A stretch of DNA of 62,279 nucleotides, the filler included, from Basidiobolus ranarum (taxonomy: Eukaryota): the NCBI GenBank assembly GCA_040143965.1. It is 28 parts of 28 records of this genome, joined end to end, with 100 filler letters (N's around TTAATTAATTAA, not from the genome) between each part and the next. Parts side by side here need not be neighbours in the genome. Positions count along the whole stretch, not along the records: positions 35,723 to 37,848 come from JASJQH010010620.1; positions 37,949 to 40,073 come from JASJQH010010621.1; positions 40,174 to 42,298 come from JASJQH010010622.1; positions 42,399 to 44,521 come from JASJQH010010623.1; positions 44,622 to 46,744 come from JASJQH010010624.1; positions 46,845 to 48,966 come from JASJQH010010625.1; positions 49,067 to 51,187 come from JASJQH010010626.1; 21 more parts are not named here. The stretch is one strand, 5' to 3'. Position 1 is the stretch's first letter, and each line of letters opens with the position of its first letter. The notes beneath the pieces are model-generated. The model was not told the DNA's origin and made no database searches. It worked only from the letters and a program-made list of their open reading frames with translations. A program made the position numbers and the translations under genes. Shown here piece after piece: positions 36,431-50,409 of the stretch.

Positions 36431-39400
36431 GAAACAACATGTGCAAATCACATATTTTTCCAATTAATTGCAAATACTCATAACAAATACCACCACGTTA
36501 TTCACAAGAAGACTCTAAAATGCAATGGGCAGATTGTATGTATTCATGTACTGATATTGACCCATTGCTACATATATCACCAATCCTTTCAAATTGAATT
36601 CATCACCTTGGCAGGCATAAGCAATAGAGAGTGGTAAAGTAGATGAATGCCAGCTAGAATTAATCTAATTGTTTCAAAGGGAACTAGCTGTCACGAGAAA
36701 TAAAGCAAGTTCATTAGGTGAGGAGCTAAGTATTGGCAAGGAAACCGCATAATTTGTGATATCAGCTAGTTTGTTACATTATCGAAGAAATCAGGGCCAA
36801 AACTCAACTCTGGACATATTTGGCTATATGACTATGACCTAATTCATAGCCTGTTCCTATGCACACTTCGGAGAATACTGCATCATTGGAATATTGATCA
36901 AGACATTGCATTAATAAATTTTGTTTCCAGTCAATATAAATGTAAAATCCAAGCACATTTCTTGGCTTCTACATGATAATATTGTAGTGCCTATTATTCT
37001 CTGGTATTGTTCACATTATGAAGCAGTTTTATGGGTAAAAAGTTAATTTGATTCCTTATAGTGAGATGTTGGCATATCCCATGTGTATGAGCACTGTTGA
37101 AACACAAAAAGAATGCCATTATCGACACATATATTTATTAGTTTCATACAGTTAGCATGTCTGAGATATATCTGAGGAGTATTAAGAACATCGTAAACGT
37201 ATGCAAAATCCATTTAGCTTTCCTAGAGTCCTAACAATGAATTAAGGGTATTTTCTTTTCTTCACGTGACCAAATTAGGCAGTCCAACACACATCGAATT
37301 ACTTGGTTTATCTTAACACTATCTCAAATACACATTCAAGGCCTCTCTTTGTACACTAAGCAGATCACAAGACTATTGTATTGACCAATCACACAGTATT
37401 AATAATGGAATTCATGGGCAATGGTTACTGCTGCTGCTTTAGAACCAAGTCGAGAGTTTTCCCAATAAATCTACAAAATGTACACGAAATTTGAATATAT
37501 ATGTTAGATGTAAATATTTTTGACACAAGGAGTTCAACCTTTCTGGTCAAGTAAAAGAAAGAGACATCAGGGTTCGTACCTTTATTGGCGAATAGGTGAA
37601 ATTGAACAGTTTGGGTAGATTACAATCTTTGTTAATTCTCGTTGAAGATCCTCCGCTCTCACAACGAGTTATGTCATCAAGTGGTACCAAATAGTTCGAT
37701 CCCATATGGATTATCCTATGCCCCATGCCCCTAGATCTTGAGAGTACATATGGATGCTTGGTGGAGGTGATTACGATATTACGAGTTTATTTACATTGTA
37801 CTCTGGACAGGCTTTGATGGAGGCAACCCAATTTGGATTTACAAGGTTNNNNNNNNNNNNNNNNNNNNNNNNNNNNNNNNNNNNNNNNNNNNTTAATTAA
37901 TTAANNNNNNNNNNNNNNNNNNNNNNNNNNNNNNNNNNNNNNNNNNNNCCCCATATCCATTATTACCTAGGTATTCATATCCGTAACCGGAACCGCATTC
38001 GTATTGGTGAGCTAAGTCCTATTATAAATGAGTTTTGGTAACCCAGTAGTATAAAATTTACAAGATCACTAGAGATAACAACTTGCACCACGTATATAGT
38101 CTAAGACCGCCTATGAGATCACGGAACAGATGACAGGAGTACGTGTATTTTTGACTTGATATTGCAAGCAATACGGATCAGGGTTGTGTATCTTGACCCA
38201 GTAATTGATTTCATTTTCATAACTGGAATAGCTTCGGGTGGTGTGTTCATGCTCAATCAGGCTCTTGCGAGTCAAGACAAGTCGGGATATATGGAAGCGT
38301 ATTTTCCTCCGTGTGTAACAAGATCGTTAATAGTTGGGTACTTTGTGATTTCCAGGCATGGTTTGTACCGGGCTTATTGACATGGTTGAGAGTTAGAAAA
38401 TAACTTTTCTGATACTCCAAGCATATACGTCTTCTTTCTTACAAATGATGATCCTTTCAGCGAGTCTACTGGATTCAAATTTGTGTCTTGCCAGTTCCCA
38501 CTTGTTATGTAGCAGATATCTGGGGCCTGCATTGCCTACATTATACTAAGCATCTTCTATGGTAATAATTTAAATTAACCTGCATGTTTCACGTGTGTAA
38601 CAGAATTCATTGAGCTCAAGTTGATCTTAAGTAACCCCATGTTATGTTCGTCCAGATAATGCTTCTTGCCTTACCATTCGATAGGCGTTTCATGCCTAGG
38701 ATTAATAACTTACGATATTTGCTACAGCTCAACTAAGAGCAGTTGGGCCATATATAGATGCACGAATACGTAATATTGATCAAAAGTGTTGAACATCTAC
38801 TTACACGTATATACTTTACTGTACTTGAAGAACTTATTAAACTTAAGTCCACAATGAATAGGCCTCGAATTTTGACTCAAGATAGTAGTGAAGATGAATA
38901 CTTCTGAATAATTTGAGAAGACCTCTAAAGTATCTACCTGCTAGTGTTGAATAGCCATTTGGTGTAAATAGAGTGATCTCGAATCAATTGGAAATATTAC
39001 TGTTGTAACTCCAGCGGCCCTTTGTTTCTTCATGTTCTTAATACTTGCATGCAGTATTTGCAGAATAATTTTAGAATAGTTCCCGGCAGCACTTTGACTT
39101 TTCTACAAAAAGAAACCATTGTTGACTGTGGTATGAGGTTTGCATTGACTGAATTCACTGCCTTCATTTTGCTGGTTTCTTTAGGTTGTTGCTGAGGTGC
39201 ATACTGATGGGTAGGCTCTTTCAGATTTTTATCTGATTTCCATTAAGCATTCATTATATGCCATCATTAGTGATCCAACTTTCAACCCCCTTGTGAATTT
39301 ATAGAGGATGGGGTAGAGAGTTAAACTATGGGCTTGCCTTTGGTGTTATCTCTACCATTCACAAGGTCGCCATGGTTTTATACGTCTTTCATGCATCAAA

Positions 39401-40173
39401 ACAGTCCAATAGATATGTTACTGAGGGCTCCTTTACGTACAAATTACCCTCGCACTAAGTATTCGAAACGTATAGAGACTCTCAAAGAATCTAGAGACAG
39501 AAGTTTATTACTCTTTAGAGACTTGGGGATAGCAAAGCGTAACTAACAACAGGTCCATCTAGCCTGAGAAGAGCCATGTTTATGCACCCGGTATTCGTAT
39601 GGTCTGAACAATGCAAACTTTCTTGATGATATGGTGAATCTATCCAATATTTGAGCGGACAAACAAATATCTACGTGCCCGATAGGTAGAACATTAGGGA
39701 GCATAGGAAAGGGCAAGCATAACTAACCTTTGACCAACACAAATCTGATCAAGTCCTAGGTTGTGTTTATGGTTAGTAAATGTCGGAAATGTGGTAAGTT
39801 ACCAAGCCGGAGTCCAATGAAAAGGCCAATACAGGATCTATCTGTGGAGACTATTTTAGGAAGAACTCATTCATTATTCGAGGTTAATCAAGTTAAATTC
39901 CCATGTCTCTTTTGGGGAATATCAAGAATGCCAGTCAGTGTGAGATGAGAGGACTTGATAGGAGGATGAAGACAGTGCCCCAGAACACCATTGCAGAGAT
40001 GTACTAGATCACTCCAAATCAAAGAGACTCCTGATGAGGTTTCTATTTCACAAGAGGAATCTATACAACTCACNNNNNNNNNNNNNNNNNNNNNNNNNNN
40101 NNNNNNNNNNNNNNNNNTTAATTAATTAANNNNNNNNNNNNNNNNNNNNNNNNNNNNNNNNNNNNNNNNNNNN

Positions 40174-42298
40174 CTCAATTTGGCATGCATTATTCACTAT
40201 CTGGCAATTTTTACAAAAATATAATTTTTGAATGGCAAATTACTGGGTTTACTGCTGTAGGAATTTGAATTTATATGCATGCCTTTATTTAGATATTTTA
40301 GGCTTTGTATTCCAGCCATAATGAGAATCAAAAAATAAAAGAATCTTGTTGTGTTTAGTCTCTACATGTGCACATATTTGACTTATTAGACATAACTCAA
40401 CAACATCAATATGCTTTACCAGCAAACTAATGGTGGAAAAATTGCTAAACATCTGAGATTTTTAATAGCACTGACACTTGGCAAATAGCTGACTCTTGTT
40501 ACCATTCACAATGAGAATAAGCTCTTGGATTTTTGCAAATTTCCGTAAAGAATTCAGCCAATATATCACCAACTTGCAGTCAACAAATGTCCTGCCACAA
40601 TTAGATGTGTCATTGCTGGAATAGATTACCCCATGGCTAAAACAATAATACTGTGTATCTCCATCTATCTCACCAAGAAGTCTGTCTTGCAGCTTTCCTA
40701 AAAATACCATCAGATTATCACACAAGCAAATTAGTCCAATTATAAAGGTACTTACTCTGTGTCCATGGATTGGGCTTTGTTGCTGTTATTGTGCTCAAAC
40801 AATGCAAAAACCCGTGAGCACATTGAAAAGAGCCCTTTGTTGGCAGGTGAATATACTCTGGAGTCTCCTTAACCCATCGCATTACATCCATCACTGATTT
40901 TGCTGATACATTGTTAATCAGATTAGCATACGGTAATACTGACGATTTCACACGGAGCATCATTTCACCGCAGGTGCGCTCCATTGGGAACTCCCAGAAT
41001 GTATAGCAAGGGCCTATAATCTCTAAGCATTGTGAAAGATGCAGCAGGGAATGTATTGAATACCGGCATAGATTCAGTCTATCTTCTTTAAACCTGTAAT
41101 AAAGTTTTTCATATCCAATTACAAAATCTTTGCACAGTCGCTGTATCTGCCTGAGATCTGCCAATGTGAGTTGATGCCGCAAGAATATATTAATACTTCC
41201 AGTCTTTGCATTTGAATACATGCCTAGATGAGTGGATATTGATGGGAGTCCTGGTAAAATATGAGGGTATCTTGACATTTTCAAATATCTACCCAATTGA
41301 TTCAAACTTTGATCCCATCTTGAATGGCTCATTCGTATTAAATTTTCCACTATATATCTGAGTTAGTAGTATTGGAATGTTGTTGAATAGTAAGTTCATA
41401 GTGACTAATGGGAAGCTCTGGTTCCAGCTGATCCCCTTTAGCAATATAAACTTAGGCTTATGCTAATACCAAGTTGGATGTTAGACTGACTATTTGGTGA
41501 ATTCATATTAGTGATCATGTTGAAATCTGACCAGGCTCTTGATAGTAAAATCATGAAGTTTAGTGTTGTACTTGGATAGTAGTAATGCATATGCCTGTTA
41601 GAGTAAACTCCATTGATTTGACAAAATCTACAGTAAGATAGTGCATTGTGCCCACAAAAACCTCCAAGTTTACTGGTGGCAGGAGTGTCACCTATACATA
41701 CAATGATATTAGCTTTAACAAAATATTGACCCATCTGAACCCCATTTCATAACTGTTCAAATTCCGCAATTCAAGGCTCCAAGAAGCTACCTATAAGCAC
41801 TGGTGATTTTGGGCCAGAGATGATGGATAGTATCAATATATTATGACTCTTATACCATTCAGATGCAGGAATATTTAAGTTGATTAAAATTATTGGCCAG
41901 CAAGCCTTTCCAATGGTATATTTGTTTAGTGAGAAACCATCCAGAGCCAATGCATATGTATGATCATACATGTTCTCAAAGAGACCTTGACCTTTCAGAT
42001 TCTGGTAGTAAGCTGCTTCCTTTACAGTAAGTGTTATGAGTGGACTAATGTTTGCTGATAACAAATAGTCCATTACATTACCATCATCTTCTTCTTCAAC
42101 TTCTGATATATGATCATTGGTATGGGAATAACCAAGGTCAAAATCTAGCACCAAGTCCTCAAAGTTGTCTGGACTTACTGGTTCAATCAAAGTTGCATTT
42201 TGACCTACATCATTCTGGTCATATAACTGTGGTAACTCCACAGTATCTTGACTTTTGGCAGTGTTACCAAAGCTTTGAGGCAAACTACAGTCAGTGGA
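40174..42298 (-). mobile_element. Best-preserved CACTA/EnSpm transposase pseudogene, with internal deletions
   Basis: LALDGFSL..KACWPIILINLNIP..ILILSIISGPKSP, GDTPATSKLGGFCGHNALSYCRFC, FWEFPMERTCG. Confidence 0.9.
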
Positions 42299-42398
42299 NN
42301 NNNNNNNNNNNNNNNNNNNNNNNNNNNNNNNNNNNNNNNNNNTTAATTAATTAANNNNNNNNNNNNNNNNNNNNNNNNNNNNNNNNNNNNNNNNNNNN

Positions 42399-42599
42399 TA
42401 TTGAATAACGCATGCCAAATTTGAGGATCAATATTTTAACATGTATGAATACCATTAAGATACCATCAAGAAACTGCCATCACACCATCAAAATCCCTGG
42501 CAGAATGCAAGCCAGCAATATTGTGACAGTTCTCTGATGGTTTTGCTATTTTGTAGGGTGGATCCAATCCGGATCAAATCAATTTTATTTTTGTTAGGG
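42399..42599 (+). mobile_element. CACTA-like right end abutting gypsy pol 3' end
   Basis: Terminus TTTTGTTAGGG at 42599. Confidence 0.85.
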
Positions 42600-43210
42600 T
42601 TCATGAAGCCTATCCAGAAAACCTGGCCCTATGATGTCAGGAAGCCATCACAAAAGGAGGGGATACTGTCATGATTCTGATCTTGGCATACTCATCCACT
42701 TCAAATAGAATTCTTCTTCATTAGATTATGACATCATATATACTGTGCAATCATTTCTTGGCAATCTTATGCTAGTTCATCAGGGTTATCTTATATGGAA
42801 GTCATGTTCTTTGGAACATTCCAGGCAACCTAACCAATACTGTCATCCCACACATAGTGTATTTGCACCAAGACCTACCGTGGAAGGTCACCTGATCATC
42901 CTTACATCATCCCTAAATCTAACCTCTTTGTATTGGTCCTTGTAGTCCTCAACACCACAACACTTGAATATGTCATAGTATAATCCCTAGTCAGTATATT
43001 ATGTTTCAACCTGCAATATCTATATAAGCTCCATGTTTTCCTTGGTTGGACCTCAGTCTGGGCAATGCCAGTTATCAGTAAAGATTTTTGCCAAAGTATC
43101 TTCCCTGTCCAGTCTTATCTTGTCTTGTCTTGTGGTCTACACTTAAGTACTCTCCTGCTTTCTAGCCTCTTTTCATTGTTTCCTGTTCTTGTCCAGTTCC
43201 TTATTGTGAC
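42600..43210 (+). mobile_element. Gypsy 3' end: chromodomain-tail-like HEAYPE(K)PGP, PPT AAAAGGAGGGGATAC, 3' LTR-C (42667-43210)
   Basis: PPT immediately precedes TGTCATG. Confidence 0.75.
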
Positions 43211-44410
43211 CCTACAATTACTTTGAAAGCATTGCAAAAGAAGAAAACATGCTTAATCTGGAAATGTAAATAACACAAATGATGCCTTGCTCATATATGC
43301 TCTGTCTATTACTACAAACAAAGATTCTCACATGTGATTTTCTAAATCTGGAGTTTCCACATTTTCTTGAAAATATAATCATTTAGTAGCTGATTATGGA
43401 GTTATGCCTTTTGGAAGGTTTTGATGGGAGAAGATTATACATTTGATGCTGTTTGAATGTGAACAATTTAGTCAATTTAATTGATGCTTCTGAATAGTAA
43501 GAATATAATATTAAGAATATATTATATTTTTTAGATTTTGTCAATAATATAATATTCATATGCAAGGTAACCACAAGTAGATGAAATTCAATTTTGTTAA
43601 TCAGTATGCATCAACACTAATTAAAAAGGGAATTTTTTAGGTTGAGGAGCAAAGGATTGGACTTGAGTATTCAACCAAAATGATCAAAACTGTCTAATAT
43701 CTCAAATTCAAATTAACCCCAAACAAATGTGGAAACTAGTGTTGAATATATTTGGCTAACTAGCGAGGCAACTGTAGAAGAGTCATGGTTTAATCAAGTA
43801 TGTCAAAAATTACCTTGTTCATTGAGATTTGTATTGATCTGAGAAAAATATATCTTCAGGTGGTATTAGATATTTAATTTCAATTATTAAGTATTATAAG
43901 TAATAAACTTGGTGCTGCTTTAGGGAAAGAGCACAACAAGCTCTCTATATTTTGGGGTTTTAGAACATTGGCATGAGCTGAAACTGGAATCAAAATCATG
44001 AAAACTAGTGCTGAACATGTCAGAGCACAAACTTCAATACCATTTAATCATTTTGGTAAAGGTCATGGAACTAAGCTAGAAACTATTGACCTCAATTCAT
44101 CTGAACAAAGTGGATTTGCTCAAGGAGCTACCAGGACTATAATTGAAACACCAACATCTAAAATAAATGCTCAAAATGAATGTCATAATTTTTGGGCAAT
44201 TCTGTTACTATAGCCATATATCTGCAGAATATGATTTATACAAGAAGTCTGGCTCCTCTACACCATATTAAGGTTGGTTTGGAGCTAAACTTGATGTAAA
44301 ACATTTGATGATCCTCAAATATATTTCTTGTGTTGGAATCATGACCAAATATTGATCAAATTTTTCCAGAATGATAGAAATTTGTATTTCTGGGTTATTG
44401 TACTAAAACT
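43211..44410 (+). mobile_element. Heavily decayed copia protease-integrase region
   Basis: SSEQSGFAQGATRTIIE...NFWA resembles PEQNGVAERxNRTIVE...FWAEA. Confidence 0.6.
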
Positions 44411-44621
44411 ATGTTGAAGTTTATTGTCTTTATCATATATGTTATCTCTATCTTTATACACCTAACTATTTCATATATCACATATTAGTTAGTCAACATT
44501 ATTTAGTCAAATATCACTTAGNNNNNNNNNNNNNNNNNNNNNNNNNNNNNNNNNNNNNNNNNNNNTTAATTAATTAANNNNNNNNNNNNNNNNNNNNNNN
44601 NNNNNNNNNNNNNNNNNNNNN

Positions 44622-46500
44622 AAATTCTACTTAAATATATACAAATCCATTACTTCCAGTCTTTGCATTTGAATAAATGCCTAGGTGAGTGGATATTGAT
44701 GGGAGTCCTGGTAAAAATATGTTGGTATGTTGACATTTTCAAGCATTTTCCCAAATGATTCAAACTTTGATCCTATATCAAATAGCTCATTCATATTGAA
44801 TTTTCCACTATATAGCTGTGCAAGTTTCATTGGAATGTAGTTGAATAGTAGGTGCACAGTACCTAATGGGAAGTTCTGGCTCCAGCTGATCCTCTTTAGC
44901 AATATAATCTTGGGTTTACAGCTAATACTAAGTTTGATGTTAGACTGACTATTTAGTGAATTGATATCATTAATCATGTTGAAATCTGACCAAATTCTTG
45001 ATGGTAGAATTATGGAGCTTAGTGTTGTGTTTGGATTGTAGTAATGCATATGCCTGAAAGAGTAAACTCCATTGGTTTGACAAAATCTAAAGCAAGATAG
45101 GGCATTGTGCCTGCAAAAACCTCCAAGTTTAATCATGGCAGGAGTGTCACCAATATATACAATGATATTAGCTTTGATAAAATATTCACCCATCAGAACC
45201 ACATTAGATTACCACTCAAATTCCACAATCAAAGGCCCCAAGAAGCTATTGATGAGCACTGGTGATTTAGGTCCTGATATGATGGATAGTATCAAAATAT
45301 TATGACTCTTATACCATTCAGAAGGAGGAATATTTAAGTTGATTAAGATTATTGGCCAGCAAGCCTTTCCAATGGTATATATGTTTAGTGAGAAACCATC
45401 CAGAGCCAATGCAAATGCATGATAATAAGTGTTCTCAAAGAAACCTTGACTTTTCAGATTGTAGAGGAAGAATTAAGTTTATTAACACTATTGGCCAGCA
45501 AGCCTTTCCAACAGTATATTTGTTTAGTGAGAAGCAATTCAGAGCCAATGCAAATACATGGTCATATGTGTTCTCAGAGATACCTTAACTTTTCAGACTC
45601 TGGTAGTGATATCCATCAAGTATATTGGTTATACCATCAGCTTTATGGTGAGTACTTTGGTATTGGATCAAAGATCTATATTTGGGAGATTTCATCAAAA
45701 CTTGAAGATGGCAAATCAATGGTATGTAAGCCCAATATGAACAATATTTACCTGATTCAGTGATTGCCAATTGTGTGCAAACAGTACATGACTTCAGGTT
45801 TTTCAGATCACCAGTCAAAGCCAAACAACCATTTGGACATGAAGGTAGTTTACTTACTGAAGGATTATAAGTCATACAATTGATAAGTGTTTTCCACTTG
45901 TACCAAGTCAGTGGCTAGCAACAGTTGCCAATCAACTGCAGTAAAAGTGTAAGAAAACTAATAAACACCTTATTGCTAAGATTGGATTGAAGTCTCTACT
46001 CCTTAATAATCAAAGCTGCTTCCTTTACAGTAAGTGTTATAAGTGGACTTATGTTTGCCAATAGCAAAGAGTCCATAATAAAACCATCATCTTCTTCTTC
46101 AACTTCTGATATACTACCATTGGTACTGGAATAACCAAGGTCAACATCTAGCAGCAAGTCCTCAAAGTTGTCTGGATTTGCTGGTTTGACCAAAGTTGCA
46201 TTTCTACCCACATCATTCCAGTCATATAACTGTGGTAACTCCATGGTATCTTGACTTTTGGCAGTGTTACCAATACTTTGAGGCAAAGCACAGTCAGTGG
46301 ACTTAATGAGCAAAACTAGAGTTGATTTAGTGCACTCATTACTGTCGTCATACACTAGGCTTTGGGCAGCTGGTGGCTTAGACAGTGACCATGCTTGTGA
46401 TTATTTTTTTTATGAAGCCTCTGGCTTTCATAGTACAAGAAATTGTGACAATAATAGCAGGACTTCTTTAAACATTTGTGTTGCAGCCTGAGAAGGCTAT
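44622..46500 (-). mobile_element. CACTA/EnSpm transposase pseudogene with an internal ~130-bp duplication
   Basis: Same motifs as the 40174 copy; the LALDGF-CWP segment occurs twice at 45330-45600; left-end-like terminus at 46525-46744. Confidence 0.85.
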
Positions 46501-46844
46501 TGCAGAAAAAAAAACACCTCCTATTCCTAACAAAAGTTTGAGGATAGTTATTGTAAAAAAACCATCACAATTTTAATCTATTTGGGATTGACTGTTTACT
46601 TTCCATCATAAAATCATCAAGTTAGATTTGATTTTAATCAATTTTTTCAGTTTTAAGAGTGAAATTTCAAGATCCTGCAAAATAGTTATGCATGATTGCC
46701 TATAATCTCAGAGAACTATGGATCAACACATGTGCAAAAAGCGTNNNNNNNNNNNNNNNNNNNNNNNNNNNNNNNNNNNNNNNNNNNNTTAATTAATTAA
46801 NNNNNNNNNNNNNNNNNNNNNNNNNNNNNNNNNNNNNNNNNNNN

Positions 46845-47354
46845 AGTTCGCTGTTGGCCAACGGCTTCCAATGCCTTGATGACACCGTCAGTGTCACCAT
46901 TCATGTCCCGATAGCACCGCCCAAGGTTAGCGCCAACAACGGTTCCAACAGCTTTAATGCGACGCTCGGTCATAGCAGCGTTTACGGCGTAGCCTCCGCC
47001 AGCACATACACCCAATACACCAATTCGATTTTCATCAACGTATGGAAGCGTTATGAGGTAATCTACTGCGCAACGGATATCTTCTACACGTGCTGCCGGT
47101 TCTTCAATATACCGAGGGTTACCTTCGCTCTCACCTTGATACGAGGCATCGAATACTAATGTGATATAACCAATTTCTGCTAGTTTCTCGGCATAAAGGC
47201 CTGCTGTTTGATTTTTGCAGCTGCTACCAGGGTGAACACAAACAATTGCGGGAAGTTTGTCAGTTTCTTTTAGATTGTGTGGAGTGTTCAAGATACCAGC
47301 GATTTTGAGACCATGGTGGTCAAAGGTCACATTTTGCTTTTTTACGTTCGTCAT
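46845..47354 (-). CDS. Alpha/beta hydrolase, bacterial YcjY/COG1073-like, 3'-truncated by contig end
   Basis: PAIVCVHPGSSCKNQTAGLYA, FDASYQGESEG.PR, nucleophile elbow GVCAGGGY; no introns. Confidence 0.9.
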
Positions 47355-48033
47355 TATCTTCTTGCTTTACTTAGGTGTGACTAGGGAAAGATACTGTTTT
47401 AAGATACAAGAGTCCCTGAACTGGTTGGCTTATATGGCGTTTTATATCATGTGATAGTGATGATTCACTGCGGTATGTTGATTGGCTATTTATCAGAATT
47501 TTCTTTCCACGATGGGCCTAGTCATTTCAAGACAGTATCCTCGAAATTAGGCCAGAAATTAGGTCAAGAATTTTACCGCTTGGTCATGACAACAAATAGG
47601 TTGAGAATAATAAGTTTATAAAACAGTAATTAACAAATATCTGAGATATAGATATTTTTGAATATTCTGGAACGATTTGGTTTCCCGATACGTACCATGA
47701 AATGCTAGATGTGTGCCATATTTCAACTGGATGCTATAACTGGATGTTTCAACTATACCGGATGACGTGATATCTGTATCTGGTGACTTTTCTAAATTCG
47801 CCCTAGTGATTTCGCACTACGTGATGGCAGGGAAAGTAAATTTATATCTTTGTTACCTCGTAATGTAAGAATCAACGTTTGAGCTGTGTATGATAAGAAC
47901 TATAATCCGTATGTTCAGTCGGATAAAAAATTCTAATTTAGTCCTGCTTCAGTGTTTCCAGAACAAGATACAGAGTCCAATTGCAATAGTATTGATGCAC
48001 TAGGAACAAATATCTCCATTTTGCCTCTTAATA

Positions 48034-48966
48034 CTATTAAAGTATTTTGGGAGTTTGTTGGAAGTGATTTGCAGAACCAGAAGAAGTGATAGTTTTTACT
48101 TGTTGACTTACTATACCACATGTGCCAGGCTGCTCTTGCAGTAAGAGTGCAAAATCAGAGCATTTGTTTAGCCACAGTGGGTTAAGAATAGGCTCATTCC
48201 AGAACAATATATTAAGTCTATAAAATTGTTCTCTATAGTCTCTCTAATGAAGTGATGTCTAACATCTATATGTTTGCTTCTATTATGAAACATGAGATTT
48301 TTAGCTAATTTGATACAACTTTGATTATCTTGAAATATTGCAGTTGGTGAATTTTGAGAATAACCTAAATCTGTTAAGAGTTTTCTTAATCATATTGCTT
48401 CTTTTGCTACTTCACAGGCAGCCATGGATTCTGCTTCTGCTGTAGAAAGTGCTACAGTAGGTTATTTCTTTAAATTTCAAAAGAAAGCTCCATTACAGCT
48501 AAGAAATAAGTATCCTGTTGTAGATCTCCTGTCTTCAATATCTCTTCCCAAATTTGCATCTGAATATCCCATCAGATCAAAGTTTAATCCAGAATATATG
48601 TATTTTAAGCATAGATGCACAGTACCTTTCAAATATCTGAAAATCTGCTTACCTGCTATGATTTGATCAGATCCATAATTTTAAAGATATTTGCACATGA
48701 CTCTCACAGAATACACAGTATCTGGTCATATTCCAACCATTATATACATCTAACTATCAACCATAGATTGATAAGGAAATTTCTGGCATTTATTTGAATC
48801 CAAAAACATCTGATTCATGCCATGATGAGATAAGATTTGTCTTCATTGGGGTAGATACAAGATTACATTCTTCAATTTTAAACTTCTTTAGTATATCTAG
48901 GATATACTTAGATTGGTTTAAAGTTATTATTTTGGTAGTTCTATCTATCTTAACTTGGATTCCAAG
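48034..48966 (-). mobile_element. Copia RT/RNase H pseudogene with partial LTR-A
   Basis: Homologous to 28113-28939; DRRSTTGYLF, VALSTAEAES. Confidence 0.85.
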
Positions 48967-49066
48967 NNNNNNNNNNNNNNNNNNNNNNNNNNNNNNNNNN
49001 NNNNNNNNNNTTAATTAATTAANNNNNNNNNNNNNNNNNNNNNNNNNNNNNNNNNNNNNNNNNNNN

Positions 49067-49570
49067 GGAAAGGATAGTAGTGTGAGTAGTACCTATCCCA
49101 GTGTAAATCCAGGTGATAAAGGTAGTTCAATGGGACATCAAAACCCAGCTGGTGGTGGAACTAGTAATAAATACACTGCTCCTGCTAAAGGTAGTAGTCC
49201 CAGTGACTATGAAAGTCCAAATAACCATGGCGATTCTAGTGCTACTCCTGATAGTGGCAACAAAGGCAGCAAGGACAATGATAGCTACAAAAGTCCGGCT
49301 CCAGGTGGTGATACTGGAGGCTCTGCAAAATCAAGTGGCAACGCTGGAGGCTACACTAAGGGAAGTAAAACTGCCCCTCCGCCTTCATGTGTTGATGTTT
49401 GTAACAGTCTAAGTCCCCTTGGAGTTAAGGTTGATGCTAGCATATGTCTCAGCAAGAAAAATATAGGCCCCACAGCACCAGTATTATCCGCTGATACAGG
49501 TTGTGTAACTCTAATTGCCAATGCCAAGCTATTAGGATTTGCCCATGTCGATGTGTCTTTATGCCACTAA
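49067..49570 (+). CDS. 3' part of a Gly/Ser-rich low-complexity protein with C-terminal Cys-containing hydrophobic domain (probably secreted)
   Basis: Frame open from contig start; CVDVC...VKVDASICL...CVTL...VDVSLCH-stop. Confidence 0.7.
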   Translation, partial: GKDSSVSSTYPSVNPGDKGSSMGHQNPAGGGTSNKYTAPAKGSSPSDYESPNNHGDSSATPDSGNKGSKDNDSYKSPAPGGDTGGSAKSSGNAGGYTKGSKTAPPPSCVDVCNSLSPLGVKVDASICLSKKNIGPTAPVLSADTGCVTLIANAKLLGFAHVDVSLCH

Positions 49571-50409
49571 GTAGAAGATATGATAATCGTTTTGCAGGTC
49601 AAACGAATCTACATGCTATTCAGATAAAGGAGCCAAAAGAAAATGAATTGTGTGAACCAAGAAATAACTGTTATACTTTGGCGATTCATAGCCATTCCTC
49701 TACAATAAATATGGTTTTATAAATGTAGTGAAACATAGTAAGAAAATTAAAAGGACGAGTGAACCACTTGCACTCAGAATATTCGAGATTTTTGCTACTA
49801 TGTAAGCAGTATACTTTTGGAGATGATAGTGGGTAACAAATATCAATTTCATTTGCTTTATGTATTGGGATTGTATATGTGAGATCCTGTACTTTATTCC
49901 TTACTATGTAATAATTCAAATACTCTGGTCAGAAGTACGTATTTGTTATTATACTATTCAAATAAACCATTTTGTCTTATAAGAGTACAGATTGTTGGTG
50001 TGCTACTATTTTTATTGACCGAAATATTTTCCATCATGAACGAGAGAGATATACACGGTCAATATTGAAGAGAAATAAATAAAATCAGTATTGATGGATC
50101 TAGCTACCTTGATGGATCTAGCTACCGTTCAGAAGTTCATTATTAAAGACTATATACCTTAAGAAATAATTCATTTGTACCATTTCACAAGACAATCATG
50201 AATACTAAAATAACACCATGTGAATGTCGTGAGTATTCTTTCAGGAATTCGAAATTAGGAGTTTTTGGAAGAACCTTATAACTGTCCTATGTGGCAAATT
50301 TGTATGACCACTATTGTAACTTCAAATGAACTCATGATGAAATTTGTCGATTTATTGGCAAAGATATTTATATATTACATTCTAGAAGGTACACAGCAAG
50401 AGTTGGAAA

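Noticed and set aside
37500-40073. Non-TE sequence with short ORFs (similar case at 19328-20016)
   Set aside because: No recognisable protein family or consistent exon structure.
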